DNA of 59,942 nt, counting the filler, from Basidioascus undulatus (lineage: Eukaryota), in assembly GCA_000826855.1 (NCBI GenBank). It is 4 parts of 4 records of this genome, joined end to end, with 100 filler letters (N's around TTAATTAATTAA, not from the genome) between each part and the next. Parts side by side here need not be neighbours in the genome. Positions count along the whole stretch, not along the records: positions 30,074 to 44,963 come from JTLS01000683.1; positions 45,064 to 59,942 come from JTLS01000684.1; 2 more parts are not named here. One strand, given 5' to 3'. Of the stretch, positions 35,301-48,936 are shown in pieces. The position numbers and the translations under genes are program-made. Each line of letters begins with the position of its first letter. Within the stretch, counting starts at the first letter, position 1. The notes below the pieces were generated by a model. It was not told the DNA's origin. It saw only the letters and a list, made by a program, of their open reading frames with translations, and made no database searches.

Positions 35301-37864
35301 AAATTTGGGCGCCAGCGGAGAATGCGGACGTAACGAGGATGGACAGGAGCTGGCTGGAAGGTTAACAGGATTGTGAGCGTGAACAAACGACGTGCCGAGT
35401 GCGCAAACCGACGCTTACCCAGCTTCGCGCATTGCTCGCCAGGAGCTGGAGAGAAGCACTTGGTGCCGAGGAGAAGCGGAAGACTCGGCCTCGTCGTCGT
35501 CCTCGGCGCCCTCATCGTTACGGGTTAAGAAGGAGGCGCGCGCTTCTTCATGGTCGGAGAGCTTTGGGGCGCCCTCAGTTTCGGACGGGGTCTGCGCAAG
35601 CCGAAACAACGTCAGCATCGCGCCGAGACAGGAAATTTTCTGTGGGGTGCCCACATTGCTCAGTACAGGGCGGGTAGCATTCCAGACGCGCTGCACAAGC
35701 CCAGACGCCCTCTGGACAAGGGGTCGCAGACGCTCAGGCGCGCCCTCAGCGTCAAGGCGGACGACAGAGAAGAGTTGTCTACGGGATGACACGTCAGCTA
35801 CGCTTATGTACGACAGGTTCGAAAGGCTTACTGCAACGCTTGCAGCAATCCATGCATCGGATGCTTCTGCGCAGCGACGACCAAGTCTTGCTCTGCAACC
35901 TGGATACGCTGTTCAAGAAGTTCTAGAAGGTGCGAAATGAACAGGACTGCAGCGCCCATGTCAATTTTTTGCGGTTGTATCACATCGAAAGGAAGACACG
36001 CATGACAAACCTTCCGCGTCGGCGTCTGCCGCGCCGTCTGCTCTGCCGAAGGTCCAGCCGAGCCGACGCGCATAGGCCGAGTAGACGAGACGAATGAGGA
36101 GCGCGCCCGTGCTGCTTTCGGAGCCGCGCGTACTTGCGAGATGGGTTTCAATTGCGGTGTCGAGCAACGCCGTGACTTCCTCCCGCGACTCCAAGCCGGG
36201 CAGCGGGACAGGGAACCGCTCCAGACTGCCCACGCGAAAGCGAGTCAGCGCAACAGATGACATCGAGCATCACAAACTGACGGAACTCACAGCCGAAGCG
36301 CACCCTCCTGGACATGGCTGTACGAGCTCTGCAGGCATCCGAGCAACTTCTTGACCAGCGCAGGCGTGTAGATGTCGACGGTGAACGGGAAAGGCCTCGA
36401 CTCCTGCCGGATGTCCTTGCCCTTCGCGACGCGCTTCGCGACCTCGCCGCCGCCGAGGCCGGCATCCTCCAGATACCCGAGCAGGACGATCGCCGAGTTC
36501 TGGCGACTGTGCCCGGCGCCCGGGTAGAGCTGCCCGGAGAGGAACGAGACGAGCCATAAAAAGAATGCCCGCGTGGTTTCGATCTGCGCGGGAGAGGCGG
36601 TTGGGGGCGGTCGAGGCTTGGAGAGGAGCTTCTGCAGGGCGAACGTCGAGTCGCGCATGCGCGTGAGGAGATGCGGGAAGGAGCCGGAGAGGAGATGCTG
36701 CCGGAATCTGTTAAGGCAATACTATTCAGCGAAAAGTGAAGAAAGAAAATACAAGACCAAGGACGCACTCTGCAGACTCGGGCGAGATATTCCACCGCAG
36801 GACTTCCTTGACAATCTCGAGCTCAGCTTCGGACAGCGGCAGCGCCGTGAGCGGGTGCTCCGAGACGATCTCGAACGCGTCAATCCTCGCTGCCGACTCG
36901 CTGTTCGCCGCGCAATCGCGCACCATGTGCGCCGGGATCACGAGCTTGCCCGAGTCCGGACGCAGCTCGAGCTTCGCGCCTGGATAAGGGTCGGGGTAAT
37001 CCTCCGCGAGTCCTTTGACGCGCGCGAGCCGGAGAAGGGCGACGCGCGCGGTTACATCATCCTTGCCCGAGAGGGTATTGAGGAGGGTAAGGAGAGATGA
37101 GGGATGCGGTTTAAGCACGTCGGGGAGGAGATGCGTGGTGATGTTCTGCCGCGTTTGATTATCGTTCGAGCGCAGGCCTTTGACCACGGGGGCGACCCAC
37201 CGCGCTTCCCACGCAGAGACTTCGTCCGAGGAAGACGCGAACGCGAGAAGGTACGCCGAGCCGAGCTTGCCTCGGAGCGCGGCGTAGTCGCTTGCCTTGA
37301 GGCCGTCGATTACCTGCTCGAGCAAGTCGGGGACTCTCTCTTCCAGCGCTTTCGCACCGATGCTCGGTATGAGCGCGGTAAGGACTATAATAGACCGCTT
37401 CTGCTGGATAGAGAGCTCGAGCGAGAGGGAGAGCAGGGTGTCGGCGAGTACGCGGGTGGACGGGGAGAGTGCGGCCGACAGGAGAAGAGACACTTTAGCC
37501 GCGAGAGCGGGAGACGCCAAGAGCGTCCAGATGAGGTTCGTAAGGGTGGTCTGGGTCTCATCGGAGAAGAGCAGCGAAAGCGACTCGGGAGGAGGGAACA
37601 GCGTGCGCTTGTAGAGGAGCGTCAAGACGTCGAGTGATTCCGCCAAGAGCGGCGGCGCAGGAGCGGGAGTACGAGTGAGGACGTCCAGCGCCGAGTTGAA
37701 AGCCGTTATCGCAAGAGGTTGTCTGTGAAGTTTATACGGGAGTTTGAATAGGCTCAAAAGGCTATGTGGAAAAGGACGCACCCATCGTCCCCGAACGGCG
37801 CCAGCAACTCGTTCGGCTTCGCTTTTCGGACCTTAAGGAACGACGTCGGTCGGTCATTATCCAT
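32383..37864 (-). CDS. TRM732: THADA/Trm732 (DUF2428) armadillo-repeat tRNA 2'-O-methylation regulator, multi-exon
   Basis: SSSWRAMREA, IRHRGTFS, STTRRSAGLPLC, HALNTLR-ILFLD, WTIRNSSLLL, SSRVWQVREAAA and QNALHGRLL are conserved DUF2428-region motifs. Confidence 0.88.
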
Positions 37865-38696
37865 GGTCTTCCTTGAAGTTTTCAAACCATCTGTCAGTTA
37901 ACCGAGAGCCACCTCATGAATGTGCGGGGTCGCACTGACAAGAGTGCAATGTCGAGCGACGCGATGGACGGACGGAGCTGATCTAGTGGCGCCGTTCTTG
38001 CCTCCAGGAAGAAAACGAGGTAAATATGATCGAATGAGTGAGTTGATGGAGAAGGGAACTGTTAGTAACGAGTTCGGAGAAGTGACAGTGCCGTTGGAAA
38101 GCGAGCAAGGGCAGGGAGGAAACAGCGGGAAAAATCCCAGCGGGTGGTTGTGGGCCGCGGACCTTCCACGGAGCTCTGGCTGTCGTATTTTCACAGCGGC
38201 CCAACATTTTCATGGCTCAGCTGTGCTTTAACTACAAGAATGCAAGGTCACAATAAAGACACTAAGGATTACAAGACTGAGTGAAAAGGGCACAGAAAAG
38301 GCGGTCGAGGAACGGTCCGGGCTGGGATCGAGGCGCCGATCAGCAGGCTTCAATTGCTCCGGTCAGCGTTCCCGGTTACCTTCGCTCCACGACCAGCTCA
38401 TCTCTTTTGCCTTTTCCCCCGTTTGCCCTGCGCTCATCTTGCCATCTCTACACTGAGTGGTAGGTTTCGGTAAACGCTTGTCTGTCACACAGAGTATTTC
38501 GACCTTAGGTCTGGTATGTTCATCATTCCAGTCGTTCTCGCCATCCGCCATCGACATGCCACCCCCGCCTTCGTTCTCACAGTCGGCATTCTCCAGGTCT
38601 CTCTTCATCAGCTGCTCTTTTTCTAGTCTCCATTCGCCCTTCGATTCCCCGCATCCTCCTCTCGTACTCGCGCGTGCCTCTTGCTCGATACCGACA

Positions 38697-39621
38697 ATGT
38701 CTGCCTCGCCCACTCGACCTCCGCCCCCGACCCAGTCTCAGCCCTCAGCACTCGCCTCCGACATCTTCAAGCTCCAGCAACTTCTCGATACCATTCGATC
38801 CGGCACACACCCTCTGTTCACGCCGACACTCAAGCCTGACGCGCTCGCTACCCTTCGCCCCTCGACTGCTTCGCCGACCGTCGCCCAGCCTCCGCCTCCG
38901 ACCACGCCGTATCCCGAGCCACCACCGCCTCCTCCACCGCAGCAGCCGGCTAAGCGTAGTGTTTCGCCTGCTGCAGCGCGGGCGGAGTACAAGCGTCCGC
39001 GCACGTCCGACCTCGGGGAGCTGAGGGGGAAGCGCCTGCTGGAAGCGCTGGATGCGGAGGATGCCGAGCTGAGGAGGAATCACGCTGCGACGCAGAACAA
39101 GAAAAAGAAAGCTGGTGAGTGCTGATTTTTCGGTCTTAGGCATGGATTCACGGGCAGGACACAAGGCTGAGCAAGTCTCAACAGCTCCGTCGACATCCTC
39201 CACACGTCCATCAAAGCAGAAGCGCGGCCGACATCCTGACTCGCCCGACCGCACGGGCGAGGCCCACGACCGACGACGCCGGTGGGAAGAGCAGGACCGC
39301 CGGCGTGCTTGGGAAGCATACGACCGCGACGTCGCCGCGTGTGTCCCCTACCGCCCCGCTCATCCTCTCGCTCGCAAAGCGCCTCACACCCGAGCAACTT
39401 CCAGTCGACCCGCGCAGCCTTTGCCGTACGACGACTACGTCGCGCCCAACTCAAGTTTCGACGGCTACCTGCCGAGTCGCGGAGGCCCTAACCCGTCGTC
39501 CCACAGACCAGTGCTGCCTTACCCGCCCGCTCCACCACCGCCTGTCGGCATCAAGGCGGAGTACAACCGCCCAGCGAAGTATGGCGGAGCGGGGAGCCCG
39601 GTGGAATATTTGCCGTACTAG
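38697..39621 (+). CDS. Hypothetical Pro-rich, basic, probably disordered protein
   Basis: Two main coding blocks (MSASPTRPPP..KLQQLLDTIRSGTHPLF..KKKKA and ..KQKRGRHPDSP..VEYLPY-TAG) with a gtgagt...tag intron at about 39115-39140s. Confidence 0.55.
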
Positions 39622-40102
39622 TCCTCCAACGCTCATTGCCAGACTGCTCGAACACGGTCTGACGACATGCGATGGAGTGCGCCTGCTCGACAACTTGATC
39701 TTTTCGCTTTGTCTGGTGTCACATTAATCATCTTGGAACCACGTTGTCTGCTCTTTGTCTGCGCAATTATCTGCCTGCATTCGTTGAAACGTTGGGGCTT
39801 CGAACGGCAAGTCAGCTGGGCCAGCCTGAGGAAACCAGGTGCACCTATGTCCTGGACTGACATGACGGTTCGGTATGCATCAGGTCTTCAGACCACACGT
39901 CAGATAAACATGTGTTTCCAATAAGCAGTTGGGCTTGGCTGCAAACATTAGGAGAGCGATGCGGCTCCCGTTCCATCGCAAGACGCACTGACACGTGCAC
40001 TTGACGCGGGCAGGCCGCCGTTACGCTGCGCTTCGCACCTCGCCTGAGCTCGATACCTCGCCCCTTTCCCTGCCCCCGTCAACGACACATCTTCCAGCCG
40101 CA

Positions 40103-43100
40103 ATGCCGGCACCTCCTAAGGACGAGTATCAACCACTGAATCAGACCGCCGACGATGAGCCAGACGTGCTCTCGGACGGCGAAGACGTCGCGCACATCCT
40201 GGCCGAGGCGGGCGGGAGCGGGGGCGGAAGGGGCAGGTCGGGGGCTCGGAGGGGCAGCCTGTCGCATCGGCTGGCTAATACCAAGGTGCGTACGCTCTCG
40301 TGGTCCGATGAGGAGGTAGGGCTGGCAGGGTGGCTGAACCGCGGCGCGGCGCGGCGCCGTACGCTAGCTCAACCTCGACCTCTCCAATATCGACCACGCT
40401 TTCAAGTCATGGACGACCTCGATAGCGAACAAGCTGCACACGCGTCGTCGACGAACGCGCCCGTCCTCTCAGCGCGTCAAGCCCATCTTCTCCTCCGTCT
40501 TCCAGCCCGTCCCGCCCGACTCGACTTACGCGCCGACACCGCCCGCTGGGCAGTTGACGAAGGAGGAGTGGGAGCGGATGGTGGAGGACGTCAAGGACGC
40601 GATCGACGATGGGGTCCACCCGAAGATGATCGTGAAGGGGAGCTCGGGGAGCTATTTTGCGAGAGCGAAAGAAGGCGGGGAGGTCAAGGTCGTTGGGTGA
40701 GCAAGCATGCGCGCTGCAGAAGACGGAGCGGGAGCTGACGCTGGCGCTACCGGGCAGTGTGTTCAAGCCGAAGGACGAGGAGGTGGGAGTTCAACAGGAC
40801 TGAGAAGCTTGCGCCTAAGGCTGACTGTGGGATGGTCCTACAGCCGTACGGTCGGCTCAACCCGAAGTGGACGAAATGGGCACATCGAAACTTCGTATGT
40901 GCCGTCTTGCGCAGCACGCCTCACCGCGGTATTGACGCCGCCGTTGGGATAGTTCTGGTGGATTGGCTTCGGGCGTTCATGGTATCTTCACAGCTGTGAC
41001 CCTTCTGTTCGTGCCCACTAGCTGATCCTGAAACGCTCCGCGCAGTCTCATCCCCAATCTATCCTACATCTCCGAGGCCGCCGCCTCCGTTCTCGACGAC
41101 CGCCTGATGCTCGGCATCGTCCCCCGCACAGGCCTCGCCAAGCTGTCTAGTCCTGCTTTCTTCTACGAGTGGGCGGATCGAAGAGCGTTCTACAGTCCGT
41201 CTTCCCTATCCAATGCACACTTTCACCTTAGCAACACGCTGACTCGGTTCACCCGTACAGAGAAGGGCAAGCCGCTGCCTGAGAAGATCGGCAGTCTGCA
41301 GCTGTTCATGCATGGCTACAAAGGTCCGCTCTATTGCTTGCTTCGCTTTAAGTCCAATCTTGACTGACAATGCGACGACAAACAGACGCGTCAGTCTTCC
41401 TCCGAGAGCATCCCTTCCCCGGACGTTCGATCATGGACACGTACGGCAAGGATCCGAACGAAAAGCCGCGGCGGAGATGCAACCCGCTGCAGTGGATGTG
41501 CGGGCGGCGGAGCGAGGAGGAGAACGACGAGGAGGACGACTGGCAGGAGCAGGCGGGCGGCGAGGGCGAGCGGCCGTTCAGCTGGACGCCGGGCTTGCAG
41601 CAGAGCTTCAAGGAGGAACTGGAGAAGCTTGTCATCCTGTGTGTAGTTTTCTTCAAGCATGTCGGGTGGAATCTGACGCAGTCTCTTCGTCACAGCGACT
41701 ACCTCATGCGGAACACCGATCGAGGACTGGACAACTTCGTGCGTATTGAAGCATGTTCTGACTGCTTTCAAGCATGCTGACTTCTGGTGCGCGAGCAGAT
41801 GATCCAGTATAATGACGGTCGTCCAAAGAAGGAGGGCGTCATCAAAGAGCCACCTTCGCGCAACGACCCTTACGTGCCTATGATGTCGTCCACGCCGACC
41901 ACCGCGACAGCAGCGTCTGTGCCGAGCACGCGCGCCAACAGCCCTGCTATCGACGCACGATCGCGGCCGAACATCAAGCTTGCTGGTGCCCACTGCTAAC
42001 GTCTAGTCCAATCTGCGCGCGGTCGTGCTTACGTCGTGGGTGATGACCGACAGCCATCGACAACTCGCTCAGCTTTCCGCATCACCACCCTCGCGGCTGG
42101 CGGTCGTACACCTACGGCTGGCTCGTAAGCCTCTTGATTCTCCGCTCAACCCGCGTGTCACAGGCTGATACCTGGCCGCGCAGTTCCTCCCCGTCTCCCT
42201 CATCGGCCAGCCCTTCAGCGCCTCCACGCGCAGACACTTCCTCCCCTTGCTCAGCTCGCCGCAGTGGTGGGCCGAGACGACTGCTCAGCTGCGGGAGGTC
42301 TTCGAGATCGACCCGGACTTCAACGAGCGCATGTTTGCGGTGCGTTTCCAACAGCGATGCGCGCGGCATGGTGAAGATTCCCTGATGTTGAGAGAGGATG
42401 GCAGCGGCAAATGGCAATCGTCAAGGGTCAGGGCTGGAACATTGTGCAGAGTTTGCGGCATGCGGTGAATTGTTTCGTTTTCAGCGCCGGTACCGTAACG
42501 TAGGCTGACGAGCATGAAATGTACAGGATGAAGGTAGAGAGCGCCGCAGCAGTTTCTTGCGTGTATTGTTCTGACGCCTCTTGTATCTTCCGCAGGTCCC
42601 CTAGAGCTCTGTCGACGCGTCCGGGTCCTCGTCTGGGACGATGAGGTCGAGATCTCGGATGACGCCCTGACGGACGCACTCCTGGCCGACGCGAACCTCC
42701 CTCAACCCATAACCTCCCCGTCCCGCCCCGCTCCGCCGACGACGCGCTCCACGCCCTACGCGCAGTCCGTGCCGCTCTCGCACACCGGCCGATCCAAGTC
42801 CGTCGACGGCGGGAGCCGCACCCCGCCCGCGCGGAACGTCGACCGCCCCGTCCCGCTCAGCCGGCAGCTGCAGACGAGCTATGCGGGCGGGATCGAGTCC
42901 GCGAGCGGCGTGGACGTCCTCCGGCGCATGGAGCGCCTCGACGCTGCCGACCGCGGGCTGCGCGCGCTGGCCGCCCCGCCCCGCAAGGCATCGAGCATAC
43001 CGGAGGCGGAGGAGGACGACGCTGTTGAGGGAGGGCAACCGAGCGCCGGCCGGCACCCCGCTAGCGTCCCGAATGGGCGCGGCATGCTCGACACGAGGCT

Positions 43101-43434
43101 CAGCCTCGACTCGCAACGCCCATCAGTCATGCGCGGGAGCATGTCCAACAGCGAGGCGCTGCTGTCGCCGAACGAGGTGACCAGCCCTGGGCACGCGAGG
43201 TGGTCAAGCACTGGGACGGGCTCCGGTGCGGGCACGGAGCCCAGCATGGAATGGCTCGCTACTTACGCGGAGAACGGGGAGTCTCCGTCGGGCTCGAGGA
43301 TGGTCGTCGTTGAGGTGCGTTCTTTGTTTATGCTCAGTCTTGCGATGACTAAGCAGAAGCTGATGCGAGATGGGTGGTGAACGCAGCGGCTCGAGAGCGT
43401 CAAGGACCCCCTCCCCTTCTTCACCTCGTGGTAG
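40103..43434 (+). CDS. LSB6: Phosphatidylinositol 4-kinase type II, multi-exon
   Basis: [73 protein letters not shown] and IKLAAIDNSLSFPHHHPRGWRSY, ending PFFTSW-TAG. Confidence 0.93.
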
Positions 43435-43673
43435 ACGCTGTCTTCATTCCTGCGCTTTCTGTTTCTCATATTCTCCTTTCGCTTTCACCTGTCTTGTTTA
43501 CGTATCATTGCTGCATCGTTATACATCGCACATGTACCACGTATACGTACAGTATACATCAGCATCCATCTTGATCCGCGGTTCGCCCGCAGTCCGGAAG
43601 CAAAGGCGCGACACGAAGTCGGCGCGTCGCATGTTGCAAATTGACCAGGTTGACTGCCCCTTCTCCCAAAGCC

Positions 43674-44027
43674 ATGGCGGACCCCGGACAATCACTTGCT
43701 CCAGGGGCGATCGAGCTATCCTTCTTCGAGAAAGAGCGCGAGCGTCTCCTGAACGAGATCACCGAGGTGCGTTCTCCCTCCCACCCCCAACCTTTCTCCC
43801 TCCTTACTCAACCCGCCTCGGACGCCGCATCGCAGGAGTTCGAGCAAGCTCTCGCGTCGACCAACACGCTCAACCGGCGGATTGAGGAGGTCGTCGGCGT
43901 CGGGAAGGAGTTCCGCACGATCGCCGCGCTGTGGGACCAGTTCAGCAGGATCGTCAAGGAGGGCGCGGAGGGGCTGGATGCGGCTGAGGAGCTGGCGGAG
44001 GAGGGCGCGAGCGGGCAGAGAGGGTGA
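43674..44027 (+). CDS. DAD1: DASH/Dam1 complex subunit Dad1, two exons
   Basis: SFFEKERERLLNEITE/EFEQALASTNTLNRRIEEVVGVGKEFRTIAALWDQF, with an intron at about 43767-43835. Confidence 0.88.
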   Translation: MADPGQSLAPGAIELSFFEKERERLLNEITEVRSPSHPQPFSLLTQPASDAASQEFEQALASTNTLNRRIEEVVGVGKEFRTIAALWDQFSRIVKEGAEGLDAAEELAEEGASGQRG

Positions 44028-44338
44028 TGGTGAGGGGTGAGGAGGCGGGCGGAGACGGGAGCGGTGGGAGTGTTGGGATAGGAGCCGAGAGGGGAGACAT
44101 GTTGTACGATGCAGAGCTGTGAGCAGTGCGATGCCTGAGCCGGGTGGGTCTATGCGCCACATGGGCCGGTTTACAGGAACTTCGTTGATGAGGGAACTTT
44201 CGATGTCACTCGGGCAGACACGAACATGCACAGCGGCTCGCGAGTGCAATCACGCTTCATGCGCCACAGTCCATTGATGCAGCGCTACCATAAGGTCAAG
44301 CACATTAAACCAATGCTTCCAAGCCCTGCCCTCAACTC

Positions 44339-44963
44339 TTACCCAATCTCCATCTCCATCTCCATCTCCGCCCCTGGCCCATCCCCATCCACCCTCGGCG
44401 TCCCAGGCCTTGTCTGCATCGGACTCCCCTCCATGCCCGCCGCTGCCGCACCATCCGCACCGGGTATGACCAGCGGCCGGTACAGCACCATCTGCATCCC
44501 CTCCCCATCGCCTTTCGGCACCGACGGCGAAGGCGTCCAAAGCAGTGGCGGCTTGTTCGCGTGCTGGGCGCGCATGCGGCGGAGAAGGGACGCGGGGATG
44601 TCATATCCCCCTGCGGAGGAGACGGACGGGTCCACGTCCGGGTCGCCGTCGGAATCGGAGAAGTCGTCGAGGTCAAGGAGGACTATACCTGGGTGTTGAA
44701 AGAGAGGCTATGCGCAGGTCTGAAAGGGAGAAAGAGAAAGGGGAAGAGGCAGACGTACGGTCCTTCTCCGGCTCGTAGCTCGACGTCCCGCGCATTCTCG
44801 CATCCTCGATCCTCTCCGTCTCCCGGGGATCAAGCGCCTTCCCGCCCACCCTGCTGGTTCTCATCCCCAGCGCACCGCCTTCGCCCTCCCCGCCGACCTC
44901 CCACTCCATCCTCCTCCCCATCCCATGCATCAAATCCGTGCTATTTCACCCAAACTTGAGGTG
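44339..44963 (-). CDS. 3' part of a hypothetical protein, 5' end cut by the contig edge
   Basis: SSYEPEKDR/IVLLDLDD..YDIPASLLRRM..MQMVLYRPL..MEMEIG-stop, with a GT-AG intron at about 44689-44758. Confidence 0.5.
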
Positions 44964-45063
44964 NNNNNNNNNNNNNNNNNNNNNNNNNNNNNNNNNNNNN
45001 NNNNNNNTTAATTAATTAANNNNNNNNNNNNNNNNNNNNNNNNNNNNNNNNNNNNNNNNNNNN
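44964..45063. other. Artificial contig spacer
   Basis: 44 N + TTAATTAATTAA + 44 N. Confidence 0.97.
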
Positions 45064-46014
45064 CGGCGGCGCCCACAAGTCGTCCCCGGTCCCCGGCCCC
45101 CCAACGCTAGCTCTCGCTCGCCCACGCCCTCGCGCAATCGACCAAGCTCTCCGTCTTCGAAGAGCGCACGCAGTCCGTGCTCTCCTCCGCCTCAACGATC
45201 CCGAAGGAGCTGGCGGCGACGGGCAAGCTCGCGCTCGACCGGCGCGCGGCGCTCAAGCTCACGGGAAGGCTGTTCCAGCTCCGCGTAGACGTGAATCTGG
45301 TTTCTAATGTGCTGGGTGTGTGGACCTCCTCCCCTTCCCCTGTTCCACCCTTCCCCCTCCTCCCCTGGGCGAACGCCGGAGCTTAATTAGTCCGGACGGC
45401 CGTGGTGGTGGTGGTGGGTAGATGTGCCCGAGTTGTTCTGGAGCGAGGCGAGCTTGAAAGCGCTTTATGATGCGGGGAGGGAATACTTTGAGGTGCGGCT
45501 TTAGCCCTCTCGGACATGTTCTGATGTAGTGGGCCAGGGCTGAGCAAGACTAGGATGGTGCATGTAGGTCGGCCCGCGCGTGCATGTGCTCAACGAGAAG
45601 CTACAGGTAGCTGGAGACTTGCTGGACAGTGCGTACCCCCGGCACTTGCCAGTTCCCCGGCTCGGTGCTGATCTGTTTCCACCCCACAGTCATCCACGAG
45701 CACGTAAACGAGCAGGTACGCGTGCTTCTCTCCCCACCCCAGTAAACACCCAGCTCATCATCTTGCATCCCCGCAGGGCATGTCCCGCATCACGATCATC
45801 ATCATCTGGCTCATCGTCGTCGCGTGTCTGGTCGCAGTCGGCGAGGCGTGTCGACCCTTCCACTTCCTCTCCTCTCGTATTCCCTCTCCCGTGATAGGGA
45901 CTAACGACTTTGGATCAGGTTGCTGCGCGCTTGACGTTCCACGCTATTCAGGGCCCGAGTGGCCCGACGTTGACGCTGTTCCAGAGGTTGGGGAGGAGGT
46001 CGATCGATTATTAG
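45064..46014 (+). CDS. RMD1/Sif2 (DUF155) family protein, 3' part
   Basis: HALAQSTKLSVFEE, IPKELAATGKL, GRLFQLRVDVNLVSNVLDVPELFW, LYDAGREYFE, RVHVLNEKL and a TM segment ITIIIIWLIVVACLV. Confidence 0.85.
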
Positions 46015-46925
46015 GCGGGCGACGCGTGGGCGCGAGGAGGGGAGCGAGGCTGTGGGAGCTGAGCCATATACTACATCATGGACTTTCATGGTTTTGGGTT
46101 GGTGCTCAAACATCAAACAACAGATAAGGAAGGGTTCAACCTGAGGATCGCTGAGCGTCGTACCCCCTTCACGGAATCGCTTCGTTGTCGCATACAGGAT
46201 AGCATATTACAGGCCGCTTTATGCAGACCCAACGGAAGTTGTTCCCACAGCGCCTACGACCGTGCCCAGGATCATAGTCGTAGGCGAACGTGCACAACTC
46301 GATCTGCTCATGACACGGACACTTGACATCACAGATGGTGGGCGGAGGACGCCAAGGCAGATTATGTCTAGAGTCTTGGGATAATGCCAGGAATCGATGA
46401 TCAACCCCTATTTATACCGAAGCATATCTGCCTATTTAAGCGATTTGGAACGCGATATCGACAGAGCTGCCGAATGGTCGATTCGCTGCATGCAGTGTCA
46501 CGAAACGGCCTCGTGTTGGAAGGTGGACCCCGTCCATATTCTTGTAGCTGAAGGTAAGAAACAAGTCCACCAAAGTTATCTTTATGTGCTTTGAATGAAA
46601 ATGCACGCATGGGGCTTCAACAGTTGTAGCGCACCAATCTTCGCAAGTGTCTGCTCCTTTGCGTCATGATGCGTGCGCCATGGCAAGTGCCAGTGCTTTC
46701 CTACCTCTTCGCCTGCCTCCAACTTGCCAAGCGCCTCCGACTATCGCGATGCTGTCAGCACACGCTTCAATTCACCAATGCAGAATTTACATCATGTACT
46801 TTCATATCAAGCGGCGAGCCTCTGGCGTGCTATCTCAGGTTTCGTCATGGAAAACGCTCGGTCGCTCTTAACATCCGCCCTTGCTCCGTTCCCTCACCAT
46901 CCCCAACAACCTGGAAACTGCAAAG

Positions 46926-48582
46926 ATGGCGTTGACCGCGTCAGGGATTTCGCTATTCCTTCTCGCCATTGCATCGCCGGTTGCCTCGCAGGGCAATGAC
47001 ACTCAGCAACAGCAGCCGGGACTCGTTACTATCAACTCGACGTACGGACCTGATCTTACGCTTGAACATCTCTACTACGACCAGGTGAATCTTGGAGTTA
47101 CTCTCATGGCGTCAAATGGCTCACTCACGCATTTTTATTTGTTTAACAGTGGCCGACTGGCATAACAGTGACGAGCTCGGGAAGGCTCTTTTCTAACTAC
47201 CCGCGCGGCGAATCGCCCTACACGGTAGCCGAGCTCGTAGACCAAACCACTGAAGTGGCATACCCCAACAACGAAACCAGTGCGGCCCCTTCTTCCCCTC
47301 ACACACTTCAACCCCACCCTGAGCTTCACCCTGCACAGACAGTCCCCCGTCCCTAGCGAACGCGAGCAACCCAGGCTACGCGACCGGCTACCGCGACTAC
47401 TTCATCTCGAGCCAGAGCGTCGTCGTCGACGCGATTGACCGCCTCTGGGTGCTCGACACGGGCCGGCCTATTGTCAACGGCTCAAGGCTGCTCGCTTATG
47501 GGGAGGGACCGAAGCTCGTTGCTTATTCGACGGAGGGGAACGCGAGCGGGGAGCCGCTCATCAGTGAGTGGCTTTCCAGAACACGAAGTTCCGGTATGTT
47601 TGCTCAAACATGGGTTTATCATTTTAGCTATCACCTTCCCGAGAAACGTGGTTTACGCGGACAGCTACCTCAACGACGTGAGGTTCGACCTCCGCAGCGA
47701 CGTTTCAAGGTGTGCCCGCTTCGGTACACATTTCTTGCCATTAGCTTGACACATAATCTCCCTTCATTCCACAGCGGCGGCCATGGCGTTGCCTACGTCA
47801 CAGATAGCTCGGACGAAGGCCGGAACGGACTGGTCGTCGTCGACATTGGGACCGGCGAGTCATGGCGGCACCTCGACAGCCACCCGTCTACCCTCGCCGA
47901 TGCCTCCTTCGTGCCCTCATACAACGGCCAAACCCACTACCCCGTCTCTCCCTCGGGTCCCAACGCCGGGGCATGGTCCCGCACGCGCACGGGCTCGGAC
48001 GGCATCGCCATCTCGTAAGTTGCCTGCTTTCTAGCACCTCCCCGAAGTCCTCCGCTCTGACCCCCTGCAATTCGTGCAGTGCCGACGGCGAATACCTCTA
48101 CTACTGCCCTCTCGGCAGTCGCGACTTCTACCGGATCGCGACGCGGCACCTGCGCACGCTTCCGTCATCCGACCCTGCTGCGCTGCTCCGCGCGAGCGCC
48201 GCAGTCGAGCACCTCGGTGGCCGACCCTCGCACGCGGACGGGCTTGAGGCCGACAGCGAGGGCATAATCTACATTAGTGCGCCCGAGACCAACGGGATCC
48301 TCACGTTCAACCCGGACACCCTCAAGTTCAGCGAGTTTGTGGGTGTTTCTACTTTAGGCAGTGTCAACGAGGGTACTGAAACCCCCGGCGGGTTTTCAGG
48401 TTCGCGCGCCGGAGATCCAGTGGCCCGACACGTTGGCAGTGTCCACGGATAACAAGCTGTACTTCACGGTCAACCAGCTGTGGTTGCAGGACAGCCAGCA
48501 GAACGGCACGGATCGCCGTGTCAAGCCTTACGGGCTCTACAGCGTTCCTATCAGTGGCGGACGAGTCGAGCTCACGGATTAA
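46926..48582 (+). CDS. Secreted major royal jelly protein / yellow family beta-propeller
   Basis: Signal peptide MALTASGISLFLLAIASPVASQ, then HLYYDQWPTGI, GRLFSNYP, SQSVVVDAIDRLWVLDTGRP, SYLNDVRFDLR, AYVTDSS..RNGLVVVDIGTGESWRHL, GSDGIAISADG and IQWPDTLAV..LYFTVNQL. Confidence 0.88.
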
Positions 48583-48936
48583 TGGACGGATTAGAAAATA
48601 TGTATAAATGTTTGACGAGCTCTAATTGTCGTGTTGGCGCAGCGAAGCTGGGTGGACAACTGTGCTTGCATGGCCGTCCGGCCGAACAACGCAAAGCTGA
48701 GATATGATTGATAGTCCCGAGCGAGGGCTTCTGATTTACGAGACAAACGAGGTTTGGAGGATTGAGAGGCATGTTCCGTGACAAAAAAATTAAAGCGAAC
48801 TGTACACCGCGTCCTGTCACGCTGTCGTCCTGTCGTCCTGTCACCCTGGCAGTTGGCCCCAGATTCCCACGAGGCCTGAAATTCCGACCCTCCTCGGCTC
48901 GGTGTCTTCCTCCTCGCGTGTCCTCCGTCCAGCTGC

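Noticed and set aside
47280..47356. Premature TAG ending the 47168-47356 ORF in the MRJP gene
   Set aside because: An intron at 47280-47338 moves the reading frame to NSPPSLANAS, so the gene is intact.
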